32,000 bases of DNA from Pelagibacteraceae bacterium AG-430-E20 (GTDB lineage: Bacteria > Pseudomonadota > Alphaproteobacteria > Pelagibacterales > Pelagibacteraceae), in the NCBI GenBank assembly GCA_003209915.1, contig QCOF01000004.1, forward strand, positions 43,149-75,148, read 5' to 3'. Under the pieces are notes generated by a model. The model ran no database searches and was not told the origin of the DNA. It saw nothing but the letters and a program-made list of their open reading frames with translations. A program made the position numbers and the translations under genes. The number at the start of each line of letters is the position of its first letter. Within the stretch, counting starts at the first letter, position 1. Shown here piece by piece: positions 15,895-25,344 of this stretch.

Positions 15895-17295
15895 TTATCT
15901 TACAATTAATTGATCTGTTCCAATTAGTATTCTTCTAAGCCAAGCAGATAATCTATCCATAAATATTACTACAGCCAAAACTAATATTGCCATGTAGGCG
16001 ACATTTTCAAAATCATTTCCAGTACCTAGTGCACCTAAAAATTGTAAACCAATTCCTCCTGCGCCCATTGCACCTATTATTACGGCTCCTCTAGTATTTG
16101 ACTCTAAATAGTATAAGGATTGAGATACAAAAATTGGAAGTATTTGAGGAATTATACCAAATCTATGTTGTAGAAATTTGCTAGCCCCTGTAGATTGAAC
16201 TCCTTCTTGTTGTTTCTTCTCAGTATTTTCAATTGCTTCAGAATACAATTTCCCTAACGTACCTGTATCGGTAAAACCAATCGCAAAAATACCAGTGAAG
16301 GGTCCTGGACCAAAAGCTCTCAAAAATATTAAACTCCAAATTAAAAAGTCTATTCCTCTTAAAGTATCAAATAATCTTCTCAACGTAAATCTTAGAGCTT
16401 TAATAGGTGTAACGTTGTATGCAGCAAGGAATGACAAGGGCAGAGCCATTACTGTAGCAAACATTGTCCCAAGTACAGCCATAACTATTGTTTCGAGCAT
16501 TGCCCACCAAACTCTACCGTGCATAAATGCTTCATTATCCTTAATCTCTGTTAAGAAAAGTTTTAAATTAGACATTTCAGGAACAACTCTTTCTTTAGAA
16601 AAAGTCAAACCTAATGCTTCGAAAAAGCTATATGGTTCTAACGGACTTGAGAAATCAAACCAAAAATATTTCCATCCTATGCTGTAACGATGAATTTCTA
16701 CTTTTTTAGGATATACCTGAACTCTCTCATGTAAAGTTGGTCTAAATTCAACTCTGTTTTCTGTAATTCTAAAACCTTTTAAGTCATCTTTAGCTAAGTC
16801 TTCCGAACCTACTACGTAAGGTTTACCATTTGTGTTTAATTTTATGGTAAAATTTCTTTCGTATTTAGGGAAATTTACAATCTCAACCCTATCTTTGTAT
16901 AATATTGCTTTACCTTCATTATTAAATTCAATGACATTTCCAATATTATCAGAATTTTTATAAAACCATTCTGGAATTGATTTATCAAGATTGTCTCTTC
17001 CATAAACACTTCTATAGTTACCCTCAAAAGCTATTTTAATATCGTCAGGATTTTCCCATTTCATAGTAACATGATCTTTGTGGGCGTATGTGTCTAAAAC
17101 AAACATCGCCGCATTTTGTGGCTTCCATTTTTTTGGAATATCCACAACATCTAAAGTAAAAAAACCTATTATTAAATATATTAAAATGAGAAAGAAAATT
17201 ATTTGACCTTTTATTCTACTTTTTCTAGCTTGATTGAATGTGTCAGGAAATAATTTTCGAATATTATCTCTTTCAATTGCTAAACTAGAACTCAT
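15895..17295 (-). CDS. phnE: Phosphonate ABC permease PhnE paralog with large periplasmic insertion
   Basis: The C-terminal 200 aa or so form a PhnE-type core (LYSEAIENTEKKQQEGVQSTGAS EAA loop, AMGAGGIG). The N-terminus has one TM and then a hydrophilic stretch of about 210 aa. It overlaps the upstream phnE by 4 nt. Confidence 0.87.
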   Translation of the reverse strand: MSSSLAIERDNIRKLFPDTFNQARKSRIKGQIIFFLILIYLIIGFFTLDVVDIPKKWKPQNAAMFVLDTYAHKDHVTMKWENPDDIKIAFEGNYRSVYGRDNLDKSIPEWFYKNSDNIGNVIEFNNEGKAILYKDRVEIVNFPKYERNFTIKLNTNGKPYVVGSEDLAKDDLKGFRITENRVEFRPTLHERVQVYPKKVEIHRYSIGWKYFWFDFSSPLEPYSFFEALGLTFSKERVVPEMSNLKLFLTEIKDNEAFMHGRVWWAMLETIVMAVLGTMFATVMALPLSFLAAYNVTPIKALRFTLRRLFDTLRGIDFLIWSLIFLRAFGPGPFTGIFAIGFTDTGTLGKLYSEAIENTEKKQQEGVQSTGASKFLQHRFGIIPQILPIFVSQSLYYLESNTRGAVIIGAMGAGGIGLQFLGALGTGNDFENVAYMAILVLAVVIFMDRLSAWLRRILIGTDQLIVR

Positions 17296-18161
17296 TGATT
17301 TACTCCAATTAAATTATGTCTCCAATATGCAGATAAATAATCCAATGCAATTATCGTACCAACCAACAAGAACATACATGCCAAAACATCAGCTCCATAA
17401 TTCCATTGTATTAAAGCTGCTAACATTTCTCCAATTCCACCCGCACCAACAAAACCTAATATTGTAGATTCTCTAACATTAATTTCTAATCTTAAAATTC
17501 CATAACTTAGAAAAAGAGGAAGCACTTGTGGAAGAACTGAGAACCTTATTTTTTGTGTCCAAGTCGCACCAACAGAACTTAAACCCTCAATAGGTTTTCC
17601 ATCACAATTTTCTATAGCTTCCGTGAATAATTTACCAAGTGCTCCTGCAGTATGTATTGTTATGGCAATCACTGCTGGTAAAGATGATTTACCCATCAAA
17701 TATAAAAACACCATTGCTATTATTAATGTTGGAAATGATCTTGTCACATCCATAAAAAATTTTGTAAATTGAATAACTCTTTTATTTCTTATTAAATTTC
17801 TACTAGAGAAGATTGCAAAAATAACTGCCAAAACAAATCCGATCGAAGTTGAAAATAATGCAATATTTAATGTAGTAATTAATTCAGGTATGTATTTTAC
17901 AACTCTTGGCCAATATTTCCATCCCATCTCAAATGTATCAATAAATAAATCTCTTGGATAATTAAAAAAATTAGCTATACCTCTACCAAAAGATCCTGCA
18001 TTTGCCTCTAACGATACCAGGGTACCACTAAAAAAAACTAATATTAAAATTGCAATACCTAATAGTGAGGATCTAGTTCTCTGGTTTGTTAATTTTTTTA
18101 AATTAACTTCAATTTGTTCTAAATTTGCTGGTAATGCTTTTGACATAATATTAAAAACCAA
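17292..18161 (-). CDS. phnE: Phosphonate ABC permease PhnE
   Basis: 289 aa with EAA loop LFTEAIENCDGKPIEGLSSVGAT and GAGGIGEML. The TTG start sits in the U-tract of the upstream hairpin, so the ATG five codons further in is an alternative. Confidence 0.92.
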   Translation of the reverse strand: MVFNIMSKALPANLEQIEVNLKKLTNQRTRSSLLGIAILILVFFSGTLVSLEANAGSFGRGIANFFNYPRDLFIDTFEMGWKYWPRVVKYIPELITTLNIALFSTSIGFVLAVIFAIFSSRNLIRNKRVIQFTKFFMDVTRSFPTLIIAMVFLYLMGKSSLPAVIAITIHTAGALGKLFTEAIENCDGKPIEGLSSVGATWTQKIRFSVLPQVLPLFLSYGILRLEINVRESTILGFVGAGGIGEMLAALIQWNYGADVLACMFLLVGTIIALDYLSAYWRHNLIGVNQ

Positions 18162-18196
18162 AAAATTAGAGGCAAAGATTTTAAGTCTTTGCCTCT
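18153..18196 (-). terminator. Hairpin plus U-tract (attenuator) between phnD and phnE
   Basis: The minus strand reads AGAGGCAAAGA-cttaaaa-TCTTTGCCTCT (11-bp perfect stem) followed by AATTTTTTGGTTTTT. It starts about 15 nt after the phnD stop. Coordinates may be off by 1 (see rejected note on 18120-18601). Confidence 0.6.
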
Positions 18197-18211
18197 AAAT
18201 GGGGTACTTAA

Positions 18212-19162
18212 TTAATTATTTTTTTGTGCTTCAATTTTAGCTTTTCTAGCAGCTACAACCGACTCATAAAAAGAATGATCTACCGGAACCCATTTTTTAA
18301 CAATACCGTTTGCAACGTTTTCGCTGCACTTCGGATCGTTTTCGTGTATCCATTGTTTCATTCCAATCATTACTTGATGTGCTCTAACAGGTAAAAAAGT
18401 AGGCATCACAATTGGACCATTAGGAATTAATTTTGAAGACCAAATTTGAACAATGTCGTCCATATTTAAAATCCCTTTATCAACCATTTTTCTTAAATTC
18501 CCTGACGAATATCCTTCTTCCCAGCTACCAACACCAGATACCCATGTTACACCAGCATCAACATCACCATTCATTACCGCTAATACATTGTTTTCATGCC
18601 CACCAGAAAATTGTGTTTTTGAAAAATATGTATCTGGGTCCATACCCATAGCCTTTAATTCAATTGACGGAATTAAAAAACCTGATGTAGAGTTAGGGTC
18701 AGCCCAACCAAAGGATTTACCTTTAAGGTCTGCCATTGATTTAATTCCAGATGATTTAGTTGCTACTGCAACAGAGTAGTAACCCATATCACCAGTTGGC
18801 TGCATTCTTGTTAGTACTGGTACTACTGCAGTTGGATCTTTTAAATACATACCTGCGTATCCTGAAGAACCGAACCAAGTGTAATCTAGATTACCACCTA
18901 GCATCGATTCCATTGTTCCAGCGTAGTCTTTAAAAGTAAAAAATTTAGCTGGTACACCATAAGCGGCTTCGATATACGGCATGAAACATTCATTTCTAGC
19001 TATAATATCTTGTGCTGCTTCGTCACCTAAAAAACCAACTCTAAACTCTGGTTGATATTTACTTAAGTCCATTTTTGGACCCGTGTAAGTTACCGCATTA
19101 GCTTGGGTTGAAAAAAACACCATAGCTAAAAGTGCAATAACTCTTGTTAGTTTATTAAACAT
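18212..19162 (-). CDS. phnD: Phosphonate ABC substrate-binding protein PhnD
   Basis: 316 aa with a signal peptide (VIALLAMVFFSTQANA) and PhnD-type motifs (YYSVAVA, NSTSGFLIPS). It has an unusually strong SD for this window (AAAGGAGACAATT-ATG). Position is between phnC and phnE. Confidence 0.93.
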   Translation of the reverse strand: MFNKLTRVIALLAMVFFSTQANAVTYTGPKMDLSKYQPEFRVGFLGDEAAQDIIARNECFMPYIEAAYGVPAKFFTFKDYAGTMESMLGGNLDYTWFGSSGYAGMYLKDPTAVVPVLTRMQPTGDMGYYSVAVATKSSGIKSMADLKGKSFGWADPNSTSGFLIPSIELKAMGMDPDTYFSKTQFSGGHENNVLAVMNGDVDAGVTWVSGVGSWEEGYSSGNLRKMVDKGILNMDDIVQIWSSKLIPNGPIVMPTFLPVRAHQVMIGMKQWIHENDPKCSENVANGIVKKWVPVDHSFYESVVAARKAKIEAQKNN

Positions 19163-19228
19163 AATTGTCTCCTTTTTATAATTTTAGTCTCTCGACTTAT
19201 TTGTATTTGTAACGATGAGTTATTGATC

Positions 19229-20053
19229 TCATGCAGTTGCAAATTCTTTCTCAACATCTCCATTTATCTTTTTTTTTGTTTTAAGCTCAGTGGATGTTAC
19301 TTGTGGTTCAAAAGCTTCATCAGCTTCTGCACCATAAATTTCTCTTGCAAGTTTGTCTGATAATTTTTCTGGTAAATCATCAAAGACAATTGCGCCATCT
19401 TTCATTCCAATAATACGGTCACAATAGGTTTTTGCTGTATCTAGGGTATGAAGATTTGAAATGACCGTTAAATTTTTTTCATCATGAATTTTTCTTAATG
19501 ATTCCATTACCATTCTTGCATTCATTGGGTCTAAAGATGCTATAGGTTCATCTGCCAAAATCATTTTAGGATTTTGCATTAATGCTCTGCATATAGCTAC
19601 ACGTTGTTGTTGACCACCAGATAAAGTTTCTGCTCTTTGAAGTGCAGTATTAGCCATACCAAGGGTGTTAAGCAAAATTAAAGCATCAGCTCTCTCATCT
19701 CGAGAAAACATTTTTAATGATGCTCTAAATGATCCTTGATAATTTAATCTACCTAAAATGACATTTGTTAATACATCTAGTCTCGGTACTAAGTTAAATT
19801 GTTGAAAAATCATTGCACAATTTCTCTGCCAGGATCTTTTTTCTTTGCTTTTTAGTTGTAATATATTTTGACCATCGATTTCTACTTCTCCATCTGTTGC
19901 ATCAGTGAGTCGATTTATGATCCTGAGAAGAGTTGATTTACCTGCACCTGATCTTCCAATAATTCCTATCATTTGAGGTTTATTGACCTCAAATGAAACA
20001 TTTTTAACAGCGTGATTATTACCAAAGAATTTATTTACTTTGCTTATTCGCAT
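19229..20053 (-). CDS. phnC: Phosphonate ABC ATPase PhnC
   Basis: Walker A GRSGAGKST, signature LSGGQQQRV, Walker B ILADEP. It is first in the phnCDEE array. Confidence 0.95.
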   Translation of the reverse strand: MRISKVNKFFGNNHAVKNVSFEVNKPQMIGIIGRSGAGKSTLLRIINRLTDATDGEVEIDGQNILQLKSKEKRSWQRNCAMIFQQFNLVPRLDVLTNVILGRLNYQGSFRASLKMFSRDERADALILLNTLGMANTALQRAETLSGGQQQRVAICRALMQNPKMILADEPIASLDPMNARMVMESLRKIHDEKNLTVISNLHTLDTAKTYCDRIIGMKDGAIVFDDLPEKLSDKLAREIYGAEADEAFEPQVTSTELKTKKKINGDVEKEFATA

Positions 20054-20172
20054 ACCAGTTTATGCATCTCATTTTTTGAGAAAATGTTAAAATTTTATTA
20101 ATAAAATTTATAAGTTTTGTTTAGTAAATGTTAAAATAAAACCTCAAGTAGAAAGTCTAGTTTTTTATCAAT

Positions 20173-20883
20173 CTAAACTTTAACAAGTATCTGAATTTTA
20201 GACCCGTCAAAATAACTTTCACTAAGCTCTATTGGTTTTTGGTTGAAGTCAACATTAATGGATGTTGTTTTTATTAAAGGTTTTCCAACATCAATATTTA
20301 AAAAATTTGATTTTATTTTGTCTGAAATTTCTGCGTTTATTAACGTTTTAGATCTTATTATTTTTTTAACATTTAATAAATTAAATGTTTTAGTTACAGA
20401 CTGTTTTTTAACAAAATGATTAATAAATTTTGGAAATCTTTTATGTGGTATAGATCTAAATGTTATTACTGAAGGAGAGTTATTTATATAACCAATACTA
20501 TTTATTCTAGTCACTTTTTCATTTTTTTTTAAATCTAACTCTTTTTTTTCAAATAAATTGCATTCTGCAATATCAAAACTCTTAATTTCAATTCGTGCTG
20601 ATTTGTTTTCTTCAAGAATATTTTCAGTAAAACGAACATTTTTGCTTATTGAATAACTAATTTTTGATGATTTAACAAAAACACCCAAACCTCTTTTTGA
20701 ATATATTAAATTATCATTTTTAAGTTCTTTAAAAGCTCTTCTTATCGTGTGTCTATTTACATTAAATTGTTTTGCATAGTCACCTTCGGAATCTAATTTT
20801 TTATTAATTTTGTACTTGTTTAAAACAATTTCTCTTTTGATTGAATTGTATATTTCTTTCCAAAGCAAATCTTTTGTTGTCAT
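20173..20883 (-). CDS. phnF: GntR/HutC-family regulator PhnF
   Basis: N-terminal wHTH (YAKQFNVNRHTIRRAFKELKNDNLIYSKRGLGVFV) plus a C-terminal UTRA-sized domain. It is divergent from phnG and upstream of phnC. Confidence 0.85.
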   Translation of the reverse strand: MTTKDLLWKEIYNSIKREIVLNKYKINKKLDSEGDYAKQFNVNRHTIRRAFKELKNDNLIYSKRGLGVFVKSSKISYSISKNVRFTENILEENKSARIEIKSFDIAECNLFEKKELDLKKNEKVTRINSIGYINNSPSVITFRSIPHKRFPKFINHFVKKQSVTKTFNLLNVKKIIRSKTLINAEISDKIKSNFLNIDVGKPLIKTTSINVDFNQKPIELSESYFDGSKIQILVKV

Positions 20884-20929
20884 AAAATTTTAATAAATAA
20901 TTTATTGAAATTTTTTTTAATTTTGTTAC

Positions 20930-20945
20930 TTGTCTAGTTGTATAG
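20930..20945. promoter_or_regulatory. Candidate PhnF (HutC-type) operator
   Basis: Tandem TTGTCTAG-TTGTATAG in the phnF/phnG divergent spacer. The core GT(C/A)TAG resembles HutC-family half-sites (GTCTAGAC type). GTCTAGTT recurs at 20155-20162 upstream of phnC. Confidence 0.35.
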
Positions 20946-20949
20946 TATT

Positions 20950-21393
20950 ATGCAAAATGAATCAAGAAAACAATGGTTAAGTTATTTAGCAACAGCAGAT
21001 GAAAATTATCTCATTTCACTTTGGGATAATTTAAATATGAAAATAGAATATAATTGGTTAAGAGAACCTGAGATTGGCAGTATTATGGTTCAAGGAAAAG
21101 CAGGCGCCACAGGTGATAATTTTAATGTTGGAGAAGTAACTATAACGAGATGTTCATTAAATTTAGATAAAAAAATTCAAGGACATGGTTATGTTCAGGG
21201 TAGAAATAAATATAAATCCAAAATTGCAGCTTTGTGTGATGCATTGATGCAAACTGAAAAAAAAGAAATAATTAAAAGAAATATAATAGATAAATTAATT
21301 AAATATAAAAATAACAAAAGAAATGAAATATTATCTAAAACAGAAGCTACTAAGGTTGATTTTTTTACCTTGGTGAGAGGTGAGGATAAATAA
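20950..21393 (+). CDS. phnG: C-P lyase core subunit PhnG
   Basis: About 147 aa. The N-terminal RKQWLSYLA resembles my recollection of E. coli RQHWMSVLA. It is first in a colinear phnGHIJKL array. ATG at 20950 is preferred over TTG at 20938. Confidence 0.85.
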   Translation: MQNESRKQWLSYLATADENYLISLWDNLNMKIEYNWLREPEIGSIMVQGKAGATGDNFNVGEVTITRCSLNLDKKIQGHGYVQGRNKYKSKIAALCDALMQTEKKEIIKRNIIDKLIKYKNNKRNEILSKTEATKVDFFTLVRGEDK

Positions 21394-21396
21394 GTT

Positions 21397-21951
21397 ATGG
21401 AAGTTGTTTCTAAAAAAAACAATTCTCAAACAAGTGCTGATTATTTTAGAAGTATTTTGTTTGCAACTTCATATCCTGGTTCGATCGAAACATTAGACAA
21501 TATAAATTCGCCTTCGAACATGTTTTCAGCCAGTTGCTCTATTATAAAAACTTTTTGTGACAGTTATTCAAATATTTTTTTAGGTCGTAATATTAATAAT
21601 TCAGAAACTATTGATTGGATTAAATTTAATACAGGTGCAAACATTACAGATAAAAAAAATGCAAATTTTGCAATTGGTACTTGGGATGATCTTTTACCAC
21701 TAGGTGAATTTAAAAAGGGGGACGAGCAAAATCCTGATCAATCGTGTACTATTATTTGCCAGTCTCAATTTGAAAAACCAAATGCCATAATTACTGGTCC
21801 TGGTATTAAAAGTTCTAAAAGTATATTTTTACCTGATAGAGAGATTATAAAAAAAAATAACCAGCAATTTCCATTAGGACTTGATTTTTATTTTGTTGAT
21901 AATGAAAAATTCTATTCAATACCAAGATCATTAAAAATAGGAGAGCTATAA
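21397..21951 (+). CDS. phnH: C-P lyase core subunit PhnH
   Basis: 184 aa. Correct size and position between phnG and phnI, with 3-nt and 1-nt spacers. Confidence 0.8.
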   Translation: MEVVSKKNNSQTSADYFRSILFATSYPGSIETLDNINSPSNMFSASCSIIKTFCDSYSNIFLGRNINNSETIDWIKFNTGANITDKKNANFAIGTWDDLLPLGEFKKGDEQNPDQSCTIICQSQFEKPNAIITGPGIKSSKSIFLPDREIIKKNNQQFPLGLDFYFVDNEKFYSIPRSLKIGEL

Positions 21952-21952
21952 A

Positions 21953-23032
21953 ATGTATGTATCTGTAAAAGGTGGAGAAAAGGCAATCAATAATGCACAT
22001 TCTTGGTTATCTGAAATAAGAAGAGGCGATGTAAATATAGCAGAACTAAATATTAAACAAATTAGTGAACAACTAACTTTAAGTGTTGATAGAGTTATGT
22101 CAGAAGGATCTTTATATGACAAAGATTTGTCTGCTCTTGCAATCAAACAGTCTAGAGGTGACTTGATTGAGGCAATTTTCCTAATGAGAGCCTATAGAAC
22201 TACTTTACCTAGAATTGGTTCAAGCAAACCTATCGAAACTAGCAAAATGTTATGTCTAAGAAGAATATCTGCAACATTTAAAGATATCCCAGGTAAACAA
22301 AAGTTAGGCCCAACATTTGACTACACACACCGTTTACTTGACTTCAAACTTCTTGCTGATGGTGAGTATGAAAAAGCTAAAATCGAAAAATATGATGATA
22401 AAGAAATCCCCCATGTTTTAAGCTTTTTAAATAAAGAAGGATTAATTCAGAAAGAAATACCTAGTGGCAAAACATCTAAGGATATTACAAGAAACCCAAT
22501 TAATTTTCCTTTAACAAGATCTGAACGACTGCAATCTCTTTCAAGAGGAGATGAAGGTTTTCTTCTTGGTTTAGCTTACTCAACACAGAGAGGGTATGCT
22601 AGAAACCATGCATTTGTTGGTGAATTAAGAACTGGTTACGTTGAAGTTCAATTTGAAATTCCAGAATTAGGTATAGAAATAAATATTGCTGATGTCATGT
22701 TTACTGAGTGTGAGTCAGTAAACCAATTTAAAGGTAGTAAAAAAATACCTGCTCAATTTACTCGTGGATATGGTTTAGTTTTTGGTCAATTAGAGAGAAA
22801 AGCAATTTCAATGGCTTTGGTTGATAGATCAATGAGATGGAAAGAATTTGGTGAGGAGTACTTGGGTGTTGCTGCTCAAGATGAAGAATTTGTTATATCA
22901 CATTGTGATAATATTCAAGCTACTGGTTTTTTGGAACATATCAAATTACCTCATTATGTAGATTTTCAGGCGGAATTGGATTTAGTAAGAAAAATTAGAG
23001 AAGAATATAATAAAAATGAACAACGTACTTAA
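21953..23032 (+). CDS. phnI: C-P lyase core subunit PhnI (nucleosidase component)
   Basis: 359 aa. Correct size and position. It overlaps phnJ by 17 nt. Confidence 0.92.
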   Translation: MYVSVKGGEKAINNAHSWLSEIRRGDVNIAELNIKQISEQLTLSVDRVMSEGSLYDKDLSALAIKQSRGDLIEAIFLMRAYRTTLPRIGSSKPIETSKMLCLRRISATFKDIPGKQKLGPTFDYTHRLLDFKLLADGEYEKAKIEKYDDKEIPHVLSFLNKEGLIQKEIPSGKTSKDITRNPINFPLTRSERLQSLSRGDEGFLLGLAYSTQRGYARNHAFVGELRTGYVEVQFEIPELGIEINIADVMFTECESVNQFKGSKKIPAQFTRGYGLVFGQLERKAISMALVDRSMRWKEFGEEYLGVAAQDEEFVISHCDNIQATGFLEHIKLPHYVDFQAELDLVRKIREEYNKNEQRT

Positions 23033-23897
23033 ATTTAAAAATAAAAAAGCTAATGTTGTAGCTCAAGATGAAATTTATAATTTTGCTTATTTAGACGAAA
23101 ATACAAAAAGAATGATAAGAAGAGCTTTAATCAAAGCTCTTTGTATACCAGGTTATCAGGTCCCATTTTCATCCAGAGAAATGCCAATGCCTTACGGATG
23201 GGGTACAGGCGGTGTGCAAGTAACTTCATCTTGTTTAACAACAGACGATGTCCTTAAAGTTATTGATCAGGGAGCAGATGATACTACTAATGCAGTTTCA
23301 ATAAGAAATTTTTTTAAAAAAACAGCAAATATTGAGACTACTGAAACAACTGGAGATGCTTCAATAATACAAACAAGACATAGAATACCAGAGAATCAAT
23401 TAAATGAAAAACAGATACTTGTTTATCAAGTTCCAATTCCGGAGCCACTTGCTTTTCTAGAACCTAGATATCAAGAGACAAAAAAAATGCACGCTTTATC
23501 AGAATACGGAATTATGCATGTTAAGCTTTATGAGGATATCACTAAAAATGGACATATAGAAACCGCATATGCGTATCCAGTGAAAACAAATGATAGATAC
23601 ATAATGGATCCATCGCCTATACCAAAATTTGATAATCCAAAGATGAATAACAATCCTGCTATACAATTGTTTGGTGCCGGTAGAGAACAAAGAATTTATG
23701 CAATACCACCATATACTGAAGTAACGAGTCTTGATTTTGAAGATTATCCATTTGATCCTTCAAAAGCACCACATAAATGTTCTATTTGTGGATCAAATGA
23801 TAGTTTTTTAGACGAAATAATCACTGACGATGATGGTAATAGATCGTTCATATGTTCAGATACAAATTACTGCAATCAAAGAATGAAAGATAAGTAA
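23016..23897 (+). CDS. phnJ: C-P lyase radical SAM subunit PhnJ
   Basis: YNFAYLDENTKRMIRRA, IPGYQVPF (glycyl-radical Gly region), REMPMPYGWGTGG, and a C-terminal C-x2-C-x21-C-x5-C cluster (CSICGS...FICSDTNYC). The spacing matches the E. coli PhnJ cluster as I recall it. Confidence 0.96.
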   Translation: MNNVLKFKNKKANVVAQDEIYNFAYLDENTKRMIRRALIKALCIPGYQVPFSSREMPMPYGWGTGGVQVTSSCLTTDDVLKVIDQGADDTTNAVSIRNFFKKTANIETTETTGDASIIQTRHRIPENQLNEKQILVYQVPIPEPLAFLEPRYQETKKMHALSEYGIMHVKLYEDITKNGHIETAYAYPVKTNDRYIMDPSPIPKFDNPKMNNNPAIQLFGAGREQRIYAIPPYTEVTSLDFEDYPFDPSKAPHKCSICGSNDSFLDEIITDDDGNRSFICSDTNYCNQRMKDK

Positions 23898-24665
23898 ATG
23901 GAACCAATTTTATCTGTTCAAAATTTAAATAAATATTATGGCGATCAAGTTGGATGTAAAAATATGAATATGACATTGTATCCAGGTGAAGTCGTAGGAG
24001 TAGTAGGAGAGTCTGGCTCAGGAAAAACAACTTTTATAAATTCAATATCGGGAAATCTGAACCCTGATCGTGGAAAAATCCTAATTAATAAAGATAATGA
24101 AATTATTAATTTCTTAGAAATATCAGAGTCTTTGAAAAGATTATTGATAAGAACTGAATTAGCTTTTGTTCACCAAAATCCTAGAGATGGTTTAAGATTG
24201 GACGTAAGTGCTGGCGGAAATATTAGTGAAAGATTAATGTCTATTGGACAAAGAAATTATGGAAAGATTAGGCAAACTATTTTTAAATGGTTAGATAAAG
24301 TGGAAATCGATAAAAGTAGGGTAGATGATTTTCCAAGAACATTTTCTGGTGGAATGTTACAGAGATTACAAATAGCAAAAAACTTGGTTACGAGTCCTAA
24401 AATAATTTTCATGGATGAACCAACAGGAGGACTTGATGTTTCTGTTCAAGCAAAAATTTTAGATTTGTTAAGAAAATTAGTTAGAGAATTAAATTTATCA
24501 GTTGTCATTGTTTCTCACGATCTTGCAGTTATTAGATTGTTAGCTGATAAAATTATTGTGATGAAAAATGGTGAGGCTGTTGAGTCAGGGCTTTGCGATC
24601 AAGTATTAGATGATCCACAACATTCTTATACTCAGTTATTAGTCAGCTCAGTACTTCAGGTTTAA
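23898..24665 (+). CDS. phnK: C-P lyase ATP-binding subunit PhnK
   Basis: Walker A GESGSGKTT, signature FSGGMLQRL, Walker B IFMDEPTGGLD. The start abuts the phnJ stop (TAAATG). Confidence 0.93.
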   Translation: MEPILSVQNLNKYYGDQVGCKNMNMTLYPGEVVGVVGESGSGKTTFINSISGNLNPDRGKILINKDNEIINFLEISESLKRLLIRTELAFVHQNPRDGLRLDVSAGGNISERLMSIGQRNYGKIRQTIFKWLDKVEIDKSRVDDFPRTFSGGMLQRLQIAKNLVTSPKIIFMDEPTGGLDVSVQAKILDLLRKLVRELNLSVVIVSHDLAVIRLLADKIIVMKNGEAVESGLCDQVLDDPQHSYTQLLVSSVLQV

Positions 24666-24666
24666 A

Positions 24667-25344
24667 ATGATTGAACTTAATAATATTACAAAAAAATTTA
24701 CACTTCATAATCAAGGAAGAACAAACATATCAGTTTTTAAAAATTTGAATTTGAAAATTAATCCTGGAGAAATTGTAGCTTTGACAGGACCATCAGGTGT
24801 TGGAAAATCTAGTATTTTAAAAATGATTTATGGAAATTATTTTTTTCAATCGGGAGAAATTAAAATTAATAATTACAAAATAGATCATAAATATCCTAGA
24901 AATATTATTGAACTTAGAAAAAATACAATAGGATATGTTAGTCAATTTCTAAGAGTGATACCTCGTGTTCCTACAATTGAAATTGTTATGGAGCCATTAT
25001 TAAAAATAAATTTTGATCAAGAGGAAGTTCGTGAAAGAGCTGAAAAAATTTTACTAGATCTTAATATCGATAAGAATTTATGGAATTTATCGCCACTTAC
25101 TTTTTCAGGAGGTGAGCAACAGAGAGTAAATGTTGCTAGGGGATTGATTAGAAATTATCCATGCTTGCTACTAGATGAACCAACCGCTAGCTTGGACAAT
25201 GTTAACAAAGATATTGTTTTGAATTTGATTAATGAAAAAAAAGATAAAGGATCTTCAATAATTGGTATTTTTCATGATGAATCTTCACGTAAATATTTAA
25301 ATGCTAGAGAAATAGATATTACAAAAATATCACATGCAAACTAA
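24667..25344 (+). CDS. phnL: C-P lyase ATP-binding subunit PhnL
   Basis: Walker A GPSGVGKSS, signature FSGGEQQRV, Walker B LLLDEPTASLD. It lies 1 nt after phnK. Confidence 0.9.
   Translation: MIELNNITKKFTLHNQGRTNISVFKNLNLKINPGEIVALTGPSGVGKSSILKMIYGNYFFQSGEIKINNYKIDHKYPRNIIELRKNTIGYVSQFLRVIPRVPTIEIVMEPLLKINFDQEEVRERAEKILLDLNIDKNLWNLSPLTFSGGEQQRVNVARGLIRNYPCLLLDEPTASLDNVNKDIVLNLINEKKDKGSSIIGIFHDESSRKYLNAREIDITKISHAN

Noticed and set aside
18120-18601. Hand translation of the printed text suggests 1-nt frame breaks in phnE and phnD exactly at the line junctions 18120/18121 (one extra t) and 18600/18601 (one missing c). If real, these would be frameshifts or pseudogenes.
   Set aside because: The supplied ORF track gives uninterrupted ORFs (17292-18161, 18212-19162 and 18433-18651) that are consistent only with no indel. 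The two discrepancies cancel and sit on line breaks. I treat them as a reading or format offset. My hand-derived coordinates between 18121 and 18600 may be off by 1.
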